Part shown: positions 40,437-50,752 of the stretch, in pieces
How the letters are laid out: each line of letters opens with the position of its first letter
How positions within the stretch are numbered: position 1 is the stretch's first letter
Assembly (NCBI GenBank): GCA_963731735.1
Contig: CAVSWO010000002.1
Coordinates: 756,257-820,256 of the forward strand
Direction of reading: 5' to 3'
Source of the DNA: Candidatus Kerfeldbacteria bacterium
Lineage (GTDB): Bacteria; Patescibacteriota; Patescibacteriia; SBBC01; CAIJZX01
Length of the DNA: 64,000 bases
The notes under the pieces: generated by a model
Databases searched by the model: none
What the model was told of the DNA's origin: nothing
The model's input: only the letters and a program-made list of their open reading frames with translations
Position numbers and translations under genes: made by a program

Positions 40437-42208
40437 TGACACCGATGGAGCGACAAACAAACGTTTTTAGCGTAAAAATTGGCGGTGAAGCCGGTTTCGG
40501 CATTATGTCGAGCGGTGAAATATTTTCGAAAACCTGCGTTCGGGCCGGTCTGCATGCATTTGATTATTCGGAATACCCCTCGCTCATCCGCGGCAGCCAT
40601 AATACCTACCAGGTAATGGTCGCCGATCATCCGGTGACTGCTTGGCGGTCGGCCGTCAATATTTTAGTAGCCCTGAATCAGGAAACCGTTGAAAAACATA
40701 TCCATGAAGTGACGCATGGCGGGGCGATCATTTATGATAGCCATGGCTACACCTTTCGTGATTTCGATCAACACCGCTTCAAGCGCGATGATATTGTCTG
40801 GTTCGGAGTGCCGCTTGGCGATCTGGCCAAGCAGCACGGCGGCCAGCTGTTCATGCGGAACACCGTCGCCTTGGGAGCGATTTTTGCGCTCTTGAGCGTC
40901 GAGGTCAAGGTGCCGCTCGGCGTGATCCGCGACGTTTTCGGCGATAAGGATGCCAGCGTGGTTGAAACCAACAGCGCCTTGCTGGAAGCCGGCTATGCGT
41001 CGATTCCGCCGGCGGCCAGCCGGACCTTCCCCTGGGACCTGGAACCGCTGGCGCAGCCGGAACAAAAAATCTTCGTGACCGGCAATGAAGCGATCGGGTT
41101 AGGCGCGATTCAGGGTGGCTGCAAATTTTACGCGGCGTATCCGATGACCCCTTCGTCGACTATATTGGGTTTTCTAGCCAAACATGGTCCGGAGTACGGG
41201 ATGCTGGTCCGGCATGCCGAAGATGAAATCGGGGTCATCAATGAAACGATCGGCGCCGCGCATGCGGGCGTGCGCGCCATGTGCGGCACCTCGGGCGGCG
41301 GCTTCGCCCTGATGACCGAAGCCGTCGGTCTGGCCGGCATGACGGAAGTCGGCTGTGTGATCGTCGAAGCTCAACGGGGTGGTCCATCTACCGGACTCCC
41401 GACCTGGACCGAGCAAGGGGATTTGCGGCAAGTCCTGCACGCTTCCCAGGGAGATTTTTTGAAAGTCGTACTGGCGCCGGGTGACGTTGCAGAATGTTTC
41501 AGCTTGACCCAGCGGGCCCTGAACATTGCCGAAGAATTTCAAACGCCGGTGATCGTGCTGACCGATAAGTACTTAGCCGAAAGCCGAGCCAGCGCCAAGC
41601 CATTCGCGGCCAACCTGCCAATCCGGCGCGGAAAAATTATGGTGGCAGCCGATCTGCCGGCCGATGATTCCTATCGGCGCTATGATCCAACCCCGACCGA
41701 TGGTGTTTCCCCGCGCAGCCTGCCGGGCACGCCACACGGATTATTTTTGGCCAATTCTGATGAGCATACTGACTACGGTTTTTCGGCGGAAGATGTCGAC
41801 AATCGGATGGCCCAGGTTGAGAAGCGGGCCCGCAAGGCCGAGGCCGTCCTGCACGCCTTGCCCGAACCGGAACTTGCAGGTCCGGCCGATGCCGACTTGA
41901 CCGTGATTAGCTGGGGCTCGACCAAAGGCGTGGTCCAGGCGGCCCAGAAAATTTTGCGTGAAACTACCCATCAAAAAGTTAATCATTTGCATCTCTGGAT
42001 GTTGAGCCCGTTTCCGACTGAGGCCGTTCGCCGCCATCTCCAAGCCGCGACCCGAACGGTCGTGGTGGAAGGAAATCAGTCCGGCCAGCTGGAAGGATTA
42101 CTCCGGCAGCAGACCGGCCACCAAGTTGATCATCACCTTCGTCAATACGACGGCCGGCCGTTTGAACCGGTGGCGCTGGCTAAACAATTTGCCGATTTAC
42201 TCTCATGA
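40436..42208 (+). CDS. korA: 2-oxoacid:ferredoxin oxidoreductase alpha subunit (fused gamma domain)
   Basis: GGEAGFG, YPMTPSS, EDEI, TSGGGF, QRGGPSTG. Confidence 0.92.
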   Translation: MTPMERQTNVFSVKIGGEAGFGIMSSGEIFSKTCVRAGLHAFDYSEYPSLIRGSHNTYQVMVADHPVTAWRSAVNILVALNQETVEKHIHEVTHGGAIIYDSHGYTFRDFDQHRFKRDDIVWFGVPLGDLAKQHGGQLFMRNTVALGAIFALLSVEVKVPLGVIRDVFGDKDASVVETNSALLEAGYASIPPAASRTFPWDLEPLAQPEQKIFVTGNEAIGLGAIQGGCKFYAAYPMTPSSTILGFLAKHGPEYGMLVRHAEDEIGVINETIGAAHAGVRAMCGTSGGGFALMTEAVGLAGMTEVGCVIVEAQRGGPSTGLPTWTEQGDLRQVLHASQGDFLKVVLAPGDVAECFSLTQRALNIAEEFQTPVIVLTDKYLAESRASAKPFAANLPIRRGKIMVAADLPADDSYRRYDPTPTDGVSPRSLPGTPHGLFLANSDEHTDYGFSAEDVDNRMAQVEKRARKAEAVLHALPEPELAGPADADLTVISWGSTKGVVQAAQKILRETTHQKVNHLHLWMLSPFPTEAVRRHLQAATRTVVVEGNQSGQLEGLLRQQTGHQVDHHLRQYDGRPFEPVALAKQFADLLS

Positions 42209-43065
42209 GCCTCCACGAACCCCATCGCTTTGAAACCGGACAAACGCCGACCTGGTGCCCCGGCTGCGGAAATTTCGCGCTCTGGACTTCACTCAATCAC
42301 GTCTTTGCCCGCCGCCAGCTGAAGCCGCACCAAGTCGCGGTGGTCTTCGACATCGGCTGTTCGAGCAACGGTTCGAATTGGATTAAAGCCTACACCTTCC
42401 ATGGCCTACATGGTCGGTCAGTACCGGTTGGCGTTGGCATGGCGTTGGCTAATCAGGATTTGACGACCGTGGTGGTTAGCGGCGACGGAGCGGCTTATGG
42501 CGAAGGTTTCAATCACCTGGTTCACGCCATGCGCGCTAATCCGAATTTAACCGTCATCGTTGAAGATAACCAGTTGTATGCCCTAACCAAAGGCCAAGTT
42601 TCGCCAACTTCGGCTCAGGGAACGAAATCGAGTTCGACCCCCTACGGTTCGCCGGATGAACCGTTGAACCCGATGGCCCTGGCGGTCAGCGCCAATTGCA
42701 GCTTCGTCGGGCGGGGCTTCGCCGGTGATTTACCACATCTGGAAAACTTGTTGGAGCAGGCCATCGCCCACCCGGGATTTTCCTTGGTTGATATTTTTCA
42801 ACCTTGCGTGACGTTTAATCACGTCAATACTTACGCCTGGTTTTACGAGCACGTTCGGAAGCTTGAAACGCTCAAGCATGACCCGCGGGATCGGGCCAAG
42901 GCTTGGACGCAGGCTATGCAGCTGGAAGAATATTTACCGATCGGTGTGCTCTATCAGAACGACCGGCCGACACTTCAAGATAAATTTCCGCAACTCGCTA
43001 AGGGTGCGTTGACCGAGGCAGACTTGCGGGTTGACCTCACGAAACTCTACCACCAGCTGTCATGA
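42205..43065 (+). CDS. korB: 2-oxoacid:ferredoxin oxidoreductase beta subunit
   Basis: WCPGCG, IGCS, HGR, GDG...N TPP-binding motif. Confidence 0.92.
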   Translation: MSLHEPHRFETGQTPTWCPGCGNFALWTSLNHVFARRQLKPHQVAVVFDIGCSSNGSNWIKAYTFHGLHGRSVPVGVGMALANQDLTTVVVSGDGAAYGEGFNHLVHAMRANPNLTVIVEDNQLYALTKGQVSPTSAQGTKSSSTPYGSPDEPLNPMALAVSANCSFVGRGFAGDLPHLENLLEQAIAHPGFSLVDIFQPCVTFNHVNTYAWFYEHVRKLETLKHDPRDRAKAWTQAMQLEEYLPIGVLYQNDRPTLQDKFPQLAKGALTEADLRVDLTKLYHQLS

Positions 43066-44774
43066 GTCGATACCATTGGCAACTTCCATCGGAGGATACT
43101 TCGGAGGTTGATTGGCCGTCCGAGGTGACACCCTTGGTGGCCAAAGTCTTACATCGCCGCGGGGTGACCGATCCGGCGGCGGTCGCGAATTGGCTGGAAC
43201 CTTCATATGATCAGCATATCCACGATCCCATGCTGTATCTCCAAATGGACCGGGCGGTCGAACGACTGATCCGGGCAATTCGCGAGCAGCAGCCGATTAC
43301 CATTTACGGGGATTATGACGCGGACGGAATCTGCGCGACGGCCATCATGGCCGAGACGCTTGAAGTTTTGGGTGCCAAGGTCAATTGGTATATTCCGGAA
43401 CGGTTAGCCGAAGGCTACGGATTGAATGCCGACGCGGTTGAACGTATCGCCAAGCAGGGGACGCAGCTCCTGATCACGGTTGATTGTGGCACCAGTAATG
43501 TCGGAGAAATCGCCCAGGCCAAATCCGAAGGCATGGACGTCATCGTGCTTGACCATCACCAGGCGCCGCCGGTGCTGCCCGAAGCGGTGGCCATCATCAA
43601 CCCATTTTTACCCGGGCAAACCTTTCCGTTCCAAGGCCATTCGTCCGGCGGCGTCGCGTTTACGGTCGCCCGGGCCTTGTTGCAAGCCAGCCGCTCCGGC
43701 CAGGTGGTCAATCGGCCGGTCAAACCCGGTTGGGAAAAATGGTTACTCGATATCGTGGCGATTTCAACCGTGGCCGATATGATGCCGCTGCAGGGTGAAA
43801 ATCGAATTTTTGTGACCTTCGGGTTGCGGGTTCTCCGCCAGACCCGACGTCTCGGACTCCAGGCTTTGTTCGCCGTGATTGGCGCCGAAGCGTCGCATGC
43901 CACCGAAACGACTATTGGGTTTCAAATTACGCCGCGTTTGAATGCGGCCGGTCGGCTGCAGCATGCCGGGACGGCCCTGCGGTTATTATTGGCCAAAGAT
44001 CAGGAGACGGCCACCCAATTAGCGGCGGAATTACAATCCATCAATACCGAGCGGCAACGTTTGACGGAAATGGCGGTTGAAGAAGCGATGGGTCAGGTCC
44101 AAAATCAAGGCCAGCAGGCAGCCTACGCGGTTTTCGCGCCGCACTGGTCGCCGGGTATCGTCGGGCTGATTGCCGGACGGATCGCCGACCGGGTCTGGCG
44201 ACCGGTTCTGGTCATGACGCAAAACGGCGATCACATTGTGGGATCGGGCCGGTCGATACCCGGTTTCGATATCACCAAGCACTTACGGACCGGTTCGGAA
44301 TATTTATTGCGATTCGGCGGCCATGCTGGAGCCTGCGGGTTTACCCTGACTACCGCCGACCAACGCCAAGCCTTCATCGGCTGGTGGCAAACGTCGGTCG
44401 GGCAGGCAACGACCGCTGCCCCGGACCAACCGCCCCTGCAGATCGACGCCGAAACCACCCTGCAGGAAATTACGCCGGAAACCTTGGATCAACTTGAGCG
44501 TCTGGCGCCGTTCGGCGTGGCGAATGATCGCCCGCGTTTTTTACTCCGGAAGATTGCGGTCCAGCAGGTGAAAATGGTCGGTCAATCGAAGCAGCACGTC
44601 CGGCTCCAGGGCCTCCAGCAGTCGGCGGCCGGAACGTTTATCGGCTTTCGCTTGGCCGAACGAGCGGATGAATTAGCCGCCGCGGTTGACCTGGTCATTG
44701 AAGCCAGCTGGAATGCCTGGAACGGCCGCCGCGAGCCACAACTGAAAATTATTGATTTTCAACCAACCGCATGA
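43062..44774 (+). CDS. recJ: single-stranded DNA exonuclease RecJ
   Basis: YGDYDADG, DCG, DHH, PRLNAAGRL, GSGRS, GGH. Confidence 0.95.
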   Translation: MSRYHWQLPSEDTSEVDWPSEVTPLVAKVLHRRGVTDPAAVANWLEPSYDQHIHDPMLYLQMDRAVERLIRAIREQQPITIYGDYDADGICATAIMAETLEVLGAKVNWYIPERLAEGYGLNADAVERIAKQGTQLLITVDCGTSNVGEIAQAKSEGMDVIVLDHHQAPPVLPEAVAIINPFLPGQTFPFQGHSSGGVAFTVARALLQASRSGQVVNRPVKPGWEKWLLDIVAISTVADMMPLQGENRIFVTFGLRVLRQTRRLGLQALFAVIGAEASHATETTIGFQITPRLNAAGRLQHAGTALRLLLAKDQETATQLAAELQSINTERQRLTEMAVEEAMGQVQNQGQQAAYAVFAPHWSPGIVGLIAGRIADRVWRPVLVMTQNGDHIVGSGRSIPGFDITKHLRTGSEYLLRFGGHAGACGFTLTTADQRQAFIGWWQTSVGQATTAAPDQPPLQIDAETTLQEITPETLDQLERLAPFGVANDRPRFLLRKIAVQQVKMVGQSKQHVRLQGLQQSAAGTFIGFRLAERADELAAAVDLVIEASWNAWNGRREPQLKIIDFQPTA

Positions 44775-45184
44775 CTGCTGGACTCCGACTAACTATTCAT
44801 ACCGATGGCGGCGCCCGTGGTAATCCCGGCCCGGCCGCGATCGGGGTGGTGATTGCAAGTGACGGCCAGGTTCTGAAAAAACTCAGCCGCACGATCGGCG
44901 CTACCACCAACAATCAGGCCGAGTATCAGGCAGTCCACGCGGCCTTGACTGAAGCGCTGGCCCTGGGCGCGACGCAGGTCGAGCTGTTTGCCGACAGTGA
45001 ACTGATCGTCAAGCAAATCCGCGGGGAATATAAAATCAAGAATCCCGAGCTCGGACCCTGGGTAATCAAAATCCATTCCTTAGTCAATCAGATCGGTCAG
45101 GTCACCTTCACCGCCATCCGGCGTGAACAAAACCAACTGGCTGACGCCTTAGTCAACCAGGCCCTGGATCAGGCAGCCACATGA
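44771..45184 (+). CDS. rnhA: ribonuclease HI family protein
   Basis: TDGGARGNPG, TNNQAEY, DSEL, REQN..AD. Confidence 0.88.
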   Translation: MTAGLRLTIHTDGGARGNPGPAAIGVVIASDGQVLKKLSRTIGATTNNQAEYQAVHAALTEALALGATQVELFADSELIVKQIRGEYKIKNPELGPWVIKIHSLVNQIGQVTFTAIRREQNQLADALVNQALDQAAT

Positions 45185-46183
45185 AAGAAACGGAGTTTCA
45201 GGCCTGGGCTGAGCAACTTGCTAGACAACACCGTTTTACGCTCGGGCGTGAACTCTACAAAAATACCTACTATGCCACGGGCAGTTTCCGTAACCTGATT
45301 GTCGAAGCTGACTGGCGCGGGCAACCGGCCGTCCTGAAACTTTACGATGACCAGCGAGTCACCGACGAGCCCGAAGCGCTGCGACGTTTTCATCAAACCC
45401 ATCGCCAGCACGAACTCACCGCCCCGCAATATTTTGCCGGACAGTCGGTATCGGCCACCCGCGGCTGGCTGGTGATGGAACGGCTGCCGGCTGAGGCCAA
45501 GCCATTTCGGTCCCCACTGTCAGCCGGCGATCGCGACGAATTTCTCACCATCTATAAAGACTATCGATCCAGCTGGCCGACAGCACCCGATCGTCCGCTG
45601 CGATTTGGAGAGAGGCTTGACCGCCGCTGAATATCATCTCTACCGGATGCATCACTGGTTGCGACTGGCGACGATTCCGTGAACAATCTCGGCCGGATGA
45701 CCGGACAGCCACTCCTGCCGGAATCGGAAATTCTTCCACGTATCCGCCAGGTCGAAAAACGTTGTTCAAAAGTCCTGGCATGACCGCCCGATGTGGTGGT
45801 GTCACGGCCATTGTAAACCGGTTGAAATTTTCCGGACGCCATCAAAAACCTATCTGACCGACTTCGCGCATGTTGGTCTGTACCCGGAGGGTATGGAACT
45901 GGCCTTTATTATTTGGGCTGATTGGTTTATGGCCGCGCCCTGGGATATGTCTCCAGGAGATTGGCAGGCCGGGGCCGAGGAGTGGCGAGAACAGATGACG
46001 ACGCTTGCCAAGGAGCTTGGTATCCGACAGCCGGTTGAACTCCTTCGAGTCAGCCTCTGCGAACGTTTGATCGGGTCGATTTTGGCGGATGTTGTTGCTT
46101 CCGATCGTCCGAGACAAGAGGCTGAAGGACGTTTACATACATTCTTTACATACCTAGATCGACTACTGGCTGAAGAAGTCTAG
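45181..46183 (+). CDS. APH/choline-kinase-like phosphotransferase (frameshifted)
   Basis: VLKLY, WLVMERL, HGHCKP, LTDFAH across split ORFs. Confidence 0.6.
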
Positions 46184-46354
46184 AATAAACTTGATTGGAA
46201 CGCGCCGGCCTCAGCGCCCACTCAGCTTTTTTTCTTTACCCGATCCTCCCGAGGGCTTGACAAAAGGGTCGAAATCGTGTAGCCTGCGTCCAACCCTACG
46301 CCGCCCTTTTCACGAATGACAATTCACTCGGCCCCTTGCCGCGGAAAGATTGTC

Positions 46355-46735
46355 ATGCACCGCTTGCTGGTGATTGAAGAGGACGACCATCTGCGTCAAA
46401 TTCTCCACCTGGCCCTGACGCATGAAGATGATTTCTGTGTCAGCTTGGCCGCTTCGGGGTATGAGGTGGTCGCTCAGGTTCTCGAAGACCAGTTCGATCT
46501 GATCCTGATGGGCGACTTGTCGCCCTATCCGGTGACCAGCCAGGACTTGGTTCGCGATTTGCGGACTACCTTCGATCTCTCGATACCAATCGTGGTGGTC
46601 AGCACCCAGTGCGACGACGACAGTATCAGCCGCTACTTGCGCTTCGGCGCTGACGCGGTTTTCAACAAACCGTTTAACCTGGGACTGCTGCTGCAAATGC
46701 TGCGCCAGCAACTCGTCCGTTCCTCCGCGGCCTAG
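46355..46735 (+). CDS. single-domain response regulator (atypical)
   Basis: LVIEEDD, DLILMGD, GADAVFNKPF. Confidence 0.75.
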   Translation: MHRLLVIEEDDHLRQILHLALTHEDDFCVSLAASGYEVVAQVLEDQFDLILMGDLSPYPVTSQDLVRDLRTTFDLSIPIVVVSTQCDDDSISRYLRFGADAVFNKPFNLGLLLQMLRQQLVRSSAA

Positions 46736-46861
46736 CGCCGCTCCCCACGGCCCGCATTCGATCCATTCGAAGCGGGCCTTTTTCTTTACCGGTTCAGCCA
46801 CTGAAAAAAACAGGAGCCACATGCGTGACTCCTGGAGTTTGAGAAAGAACGAGATCGATGG

Positions 46862-47683
46862 TTACGATCGGCGCCTGAGGGCGGATTCCCTGGATTTCGC
46901 CCAGCGGTCGAGCCAAACGACCCACGGCCACGGCTGCTTGATCCGGAAGACCCTGGCGGTGGCCATCCGTCCGTCCAGCAGCAGGTCGGGCGGTTGGTTG
47001 TACGTTCGGAAGACCCAGTCTGCCACCGGCAGACCCAGGAAACCCGAGATGGCTTCATTGGTGCTGATGTTGGCGTGGTGGAAATGATGGAAACCGTAAA
47101 TTTGTTTCCAGAGCGGACCCCAGCGCGGATGCTCGGTAGCGCGCTTCCACCATTCGTACGGATAGTGCTCGATCGCATGGAAGACTTCATACGCGAACAT
47201 CGACCAGGCCACCGACAGGTACCCGCCGAACACGATCGGCCAATCCGGCATCAGGAATTGGCAGCCGATTATCAGCGGTGAGAAGAAGACCCAGAATCCG
47301 ATCAGCGCGTAGACCGGGAAGGCGGCATCTTCGTACTGGTCGGCTTCGAGAATTGGATAGCGATTGAGGATAATTCGATCGGATCCGACTTCGGCCGGTC
47401 GCAGCTTGATCGGCGTCAGGGCATGGTGGTGACGGTGGCCGCGGGAAAAACGCGACAGCCAACCCGCCAGCCGCCCGTGCAGGATGTACCGGTGAAACAT
47501 CCATTCGAAGAAGCAGCTGATGAGCTGCATCCCGAGGAAGACCAATAGGATCGGCCAGCCTCCGCCATCCAATTGTCGTTTCCAGGTGGTCGGTGCGAAA
47601 TGCCAGATAGCGAGACCGAGCAGCAATACTTGGATCACGACCCGCAGGGAAAACCAACGAATCGAAAACGGACGACGGTTCAT
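46862..47683 (-). CDS. membrane di-iron sterol desaturase/fatty acid hydroxylase-family protein
   Basis: EWMFHRYILH, HRHHH, YEVFHAIEH, HHFHH histidine boxes plus TM helices. Confidence 0.75.
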   Translation of the reverse strand: MNRRPFSIRWFSLRVVIQVLLLGLAIWHFAPTTWKRQLDGGGWPILLVFLGMQLISCFFEWMFHRYILHGRLAGWLSRFSRGHRHHHALTPIKLRPAEVGSDRIILNRYPILEADQYEDAAFPVYALIGFWVFFSPLIIGCQFLMPDWPIVFGGYLSVAWSMFAYEVFHAIEHYPYEWWKRATEHPRWGPLWKQIYGFHHFHHANISTNEAISGFLGLPVADWVFRTYNQPPDLLLDGRMATARVFRIKQPWPWVVWLDRWAKSRESALRRRS

Positions 47684-47889
47684 GGAGATCACCCCTTTCA
47701 GGTTGGAAAGAACCGGCGATACACGGTTGCTTCGTGCCGCCTTGCGTCGTGTTGACTATACCACTCGAAACAGGTTGGGTCGAATACTTGGCGGGTGCTG
47801 CACCGCTCGCACCCGCTTGCCAAAGCGTCTGGCCCGGCGTAGGCTGCCAGCAACGAAACCCGTTTGTTCCTCACAATCCGGAGGTCCCG

Positions 47890-48474
47890 ATGCTGCTCCT
47901 GACCTTGGCGACGCTCGCGTCGCTGATGACCCAGCCGGTTGAGCGGTACACCGTGGCGGTCGATCACCACCGGACAACCGTTCAGATGCACTACGGTTCG
48001 TCCCGGCTGGTCGCCGACATCCAACTGGATGACCGGTTGGCTTTCCGAGCCGGTCACCCGTTCGGCTTTGCGTCCAGCTTGATTATACCGTGGCTGGGAG
48101 TCGAGCAACGATTGTCCGACGGTGCGGCCGGCGGCACCGCGGGCTTGGAATGGGCCTATGACCTGCCGACGTTGACGCCGGCCGGGGAGACGCCCTTCGT
48201 CCCGCTGCATTTTGAATCGCAGATCAGTCTGCGCTCATTCGGTTCGGAGCGAATCACCACCCAGGTGCGATCCCGGCTGTGTCTGAATATTGATCCGAAT
48301 ATTTCGGCTCGCACCTTTCAGGCCATTACCGAGCGGACATTCGGTCCGCATCCGGGTCACCAGTTCTGGATGGGCTTGACGCGCGAGTGTTGGTGGGGCC
48401 AAGGCGGCTTGTTCATCGGTCCGCGCGGGCAGCACGAGCTGGCCGTCCGGTGCCAACTGGCCCGCTGGTTTTAA
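47890..48474 (+). CDS. hypothetical secreted beta-strand-rich protein
   Basis: GGAGG RBS; signal-like N-terminus; C-terminal Phe. Confidence 0.5.
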   Translation: MLLLTLATLASLMTQPVERYTVAVDHHRTTVQMHYGSSRLVADIQLDDRLAFRAGHPFGFASSLIIPWLGVEQRLSDGAAGGTAGLEWAYDLPTLTPAGETPFVPLHFESQISLRSFGSERITTQVRSRLCLNIDPNISARTFQAITERTFGPHPGHQFWMGLTRECWWGQGGLFIGPRGQHELAVRCQLARWF

Positions 48475-48615
48475 GCCTAACCGCTGTTGCTCACAGCGGT
48501 TTTTTTCTGTGGCTGATCATGGCTGGGCGGCCTGGCGGTTTTTTTTCATCCGGCGTAGGCTAGTCTAACCCCGTTGCCGGTACGGACGAGGCTGTTCTTT
48601 TGCTATACTCGAGGT

Positions 48616-49185
48616 ATGCCTAAACGCTGCTCCTGGCCAAAAGACGATCCGGCCATGATCCGCTATCATGATCGGGAGTGGGGGAAACCGGTCCATCGTG
48701 ACCGGAAGATGTTTGAGTTTATTATTCTCGAATCCTTTCAAGCCGGCCTTTCCTGGCGGACGGTGCTGCATAAACGCGTGAATTTTCGCGCCGCCTTCGC
48801 CGGGTTTGATCCGAAGCGGGTGGCGCGATTTACCGCCCGCGACGTTGCACGATTGTTGCGAGACGCGGGGATTATTCGAAATCGGATGAAGATCGAGGCG
48901 GCCATTTCGAACGCCCGAGCCTTTTTGGTTATCCAAAAATCTCACGGCACCTTTAGCCGGTACCTGTGGTCGTTTGTGAACAATCGGCCGGTAAACAATC
49001 ACTGGACATCAGACCGACAAATACCGGCCGTCACCCCTTTGGCGGAAACCATCGCGGCCGACCTCAAGCAGCGCGGCTTTAAATTTTTTGGCCCGACCGT
49101 TGTCTACGCGCACCTGCAGGCGACTGGTCTGGTGAATGATCATATTGTGTCATGTTTCCGTTGGAAAGATTGCCAAACGATTTGA
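48616..49185 (+). CDS. tag: DNA-3-methyladenine glycosylase I
   Basis: RCSW, YHDREWG, QAGLSW, GIIRN..KI, NDH..SC. Confidence 0.95.
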   Translation: MPKRCSWPKDDPAMIRYHDREWGKPVHRDRKMFEFIILESFQAGLSWRTVLHKRVNFRAAFAGFDPKRVARFTARDVARLLRDAGIIRNRMKIEAAISNARAFLVIQKSHGTFSRYLWSFVNNRPVNNHWTSDRQIPAVTPLAETIAADLKQRGFKFFGPTVVYAHLQATGLVNDHIVSCFRWKDCQTI

Positions 49186-49242
49186 CGGTTGATTCCGTTT
49201 TCGGTATTCTACCTATACGTTGGTGGCCAAGGACACCGCTTT

Positions 49243-49533
49243 TTGCGCACGTACTACGTCTACATTATGGCAAATCGAAAACATGGCACACTGTATATCG
49301 GCGTGACCAATAATTTATTGCGCCGTGTTTGGGAACATAAACATAACGTTCACGAAGGTTTTACCAAGCGGTATCAAATTCATCGGTTGGTGTATTTTGA
49401 AGACACCAACGATATCGCGGCTGCCATCTGGCGGGAAAAGTGTTTGAAATGGTGGAAACGAAGCTGGAAAATTGAACTTATTGAAAAGACAAACCTTGCA
49501 TGGAGAGACTTGTGGTATGACATATACCAGTAG
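49243..49533 (+). CDS. small GIY-YIG nuclease
   Basis: YYVYIMAN..HGTLYIGVTNNL.RR, REKCLKWW.RSWKIELIE..N..W.DL. Confidence 0.88.
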   Translation: MRTYYVYIMANRKHGTLYIGVTNNLLRRVWEHKHNVHEGFTKRYQIHRLVYFEDTNDIAAAIWREKCLKWWKRSWKIELIEKTNLAWRDLWYDIYQ

Positions 49534-49602
49534 ACTCTGGCTTTTGCCAGAGTGACAAAATACTCCACCTCACCTGTCGTTCCGGCGTAAGCCGGAATCC
49601 AT
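49531..49602. repeat. GTC-tagged REP-like hairpin pair after the GIY-YIG gene
   Basis: TAGACTCTGGCTTTTGCCAGAGTGAC and GTCGTTCCGGCGTAAGCCGGAATCCA. Confidence 0.7.
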
Positions 49603-49804
49603 AGATGTCCAGTGGGAATGTATCTCGGAATTGATCCGGGGCAGGATCTAGAGACTCGAGAAAAACATACTTCACCATCACCTGTACGATGGAGTCGTTA
49701 AGGGCAGAGTGGAGATTGAAGTTTTTCGAAAATTACGACATGTATCGAGCATAGTCACACCGGCGTTTTTTGCCATTTCCCTGAATTTCCCGTACCCTTC
49801 CGGC

Positions 49805-50455
49805 ATGAATACCAACCGATTGAGCGCGCTGGCCGATGGTGTCTTCGCAATTGTCCTGACCTTACTGGTACTTGAACTCAAAGTTCCACAGTTGCTCGGT
49901 CAGGTGACCGACGCGCAGATTTGGGCGCAGTTAAAAAGCCAGGGTGCGGTCTGGCTCGGCTTCGTTTTGAGTTTCTCATTCCTCTTTAGTATCTGGCGGG
50001 TGCACCATTTTATTATGTCCGTCTTGGCGAAAAGTTTGGATAATAAACTTTCCAATTGGAATGGCTTCCTCTTATTTTTTGTGGCGGTCGTGCCGTTTAC
50101 CGCCCACCTGCTGGGTACCTATCCGCGTTCGCCGTTGGCGATTAGCGTCTACGCCGCGAACGTTATTGCAATTGCGTTCCTGATCGACGGGATGCGGCGG
50201 TATATTCTGAAATCCGACAAGGTCGAAAGCCAGCCCTGGACACGGCGGGAGGAATGGAGCGCCAACATCCGCGTTGGGGTGCCGATTATTTCTTCGATGG
50301 CTGCGATTGCAGTCTCATGGAATTGGCCGCAAGCCTCACTTGGTTTATTTGCTTTCGGAATTTTATTCAGCCTGTCGACCATCAGTGTACGCGTCATCTA
50401 CGCGATCCTGAGTGCCTGCGGCGTGCGCGTTCCTCCGGTAGAACACCCAGAGTAA
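49805..50455 (+). CDS. TMEM175-family (DUF1211) membrane protein
   Basis: RLSALADGVFAIVLTLLVLELK, SF....W..HH, PFT. Confidence 0.88.
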   Translation: MNTNRLSALADGVFAIVLTLLVLELKVPQLLGQVTDAQIWAQLKSQGAVWLGFVLSFSFLFSIWRVHHFIMSVLAKSLDNKLSNWNGFLLFFVAVVPFTAHLLGTYPRSPLAISVYAANVIAIAFLIDGMRRYILKSDKVESQPWTRREEWSANIRVGVPIISSMAAIAVSWNWPQASLGLFAFGILFSLSTISVRVIYAILSACGVRVPPVEHPE

Positions 50456-50477
50456 GAATTTCTGCTATACTCCCCAT

Positions 50478-50708
50478 ATGTCAAAACCAGTGGTGATGTT
50501 GATTATGATCGTGAGCCTGGCCGCTTTCGGCGTTCTCGGTTGGTATAGTTGGCAGGCGAGTCGGCCGAATATCGCGACAAATTCCATCCACGTCAGCGCC
50601 AACCCGACGACCACGGTTGCCAACTCTAAGACCGAGGTGACTAAAAACAGTACCACGTCAGTTACCAACACAAACACACCGGCGGAAGATACGTCGGCTG
50701 AAAGGTAA
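50478..50708 (+). CDS. small membrane-anchored S/T-rich protein
   Basis: N-terminal TM plus low-complexity tail. Confidence 0.45.
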   Translation: MSKPVVMLIMIVSLAAFGVLGWYSWQASRPNIATNSIHVSANPTTTVANSKTEVTKNSTTSVTNTNTPAEDTSAER

Positions 50709-50752
50709 ACCGCGGCCAAGCGTACGAAAACTATTTGTGATATACTTGCGCT

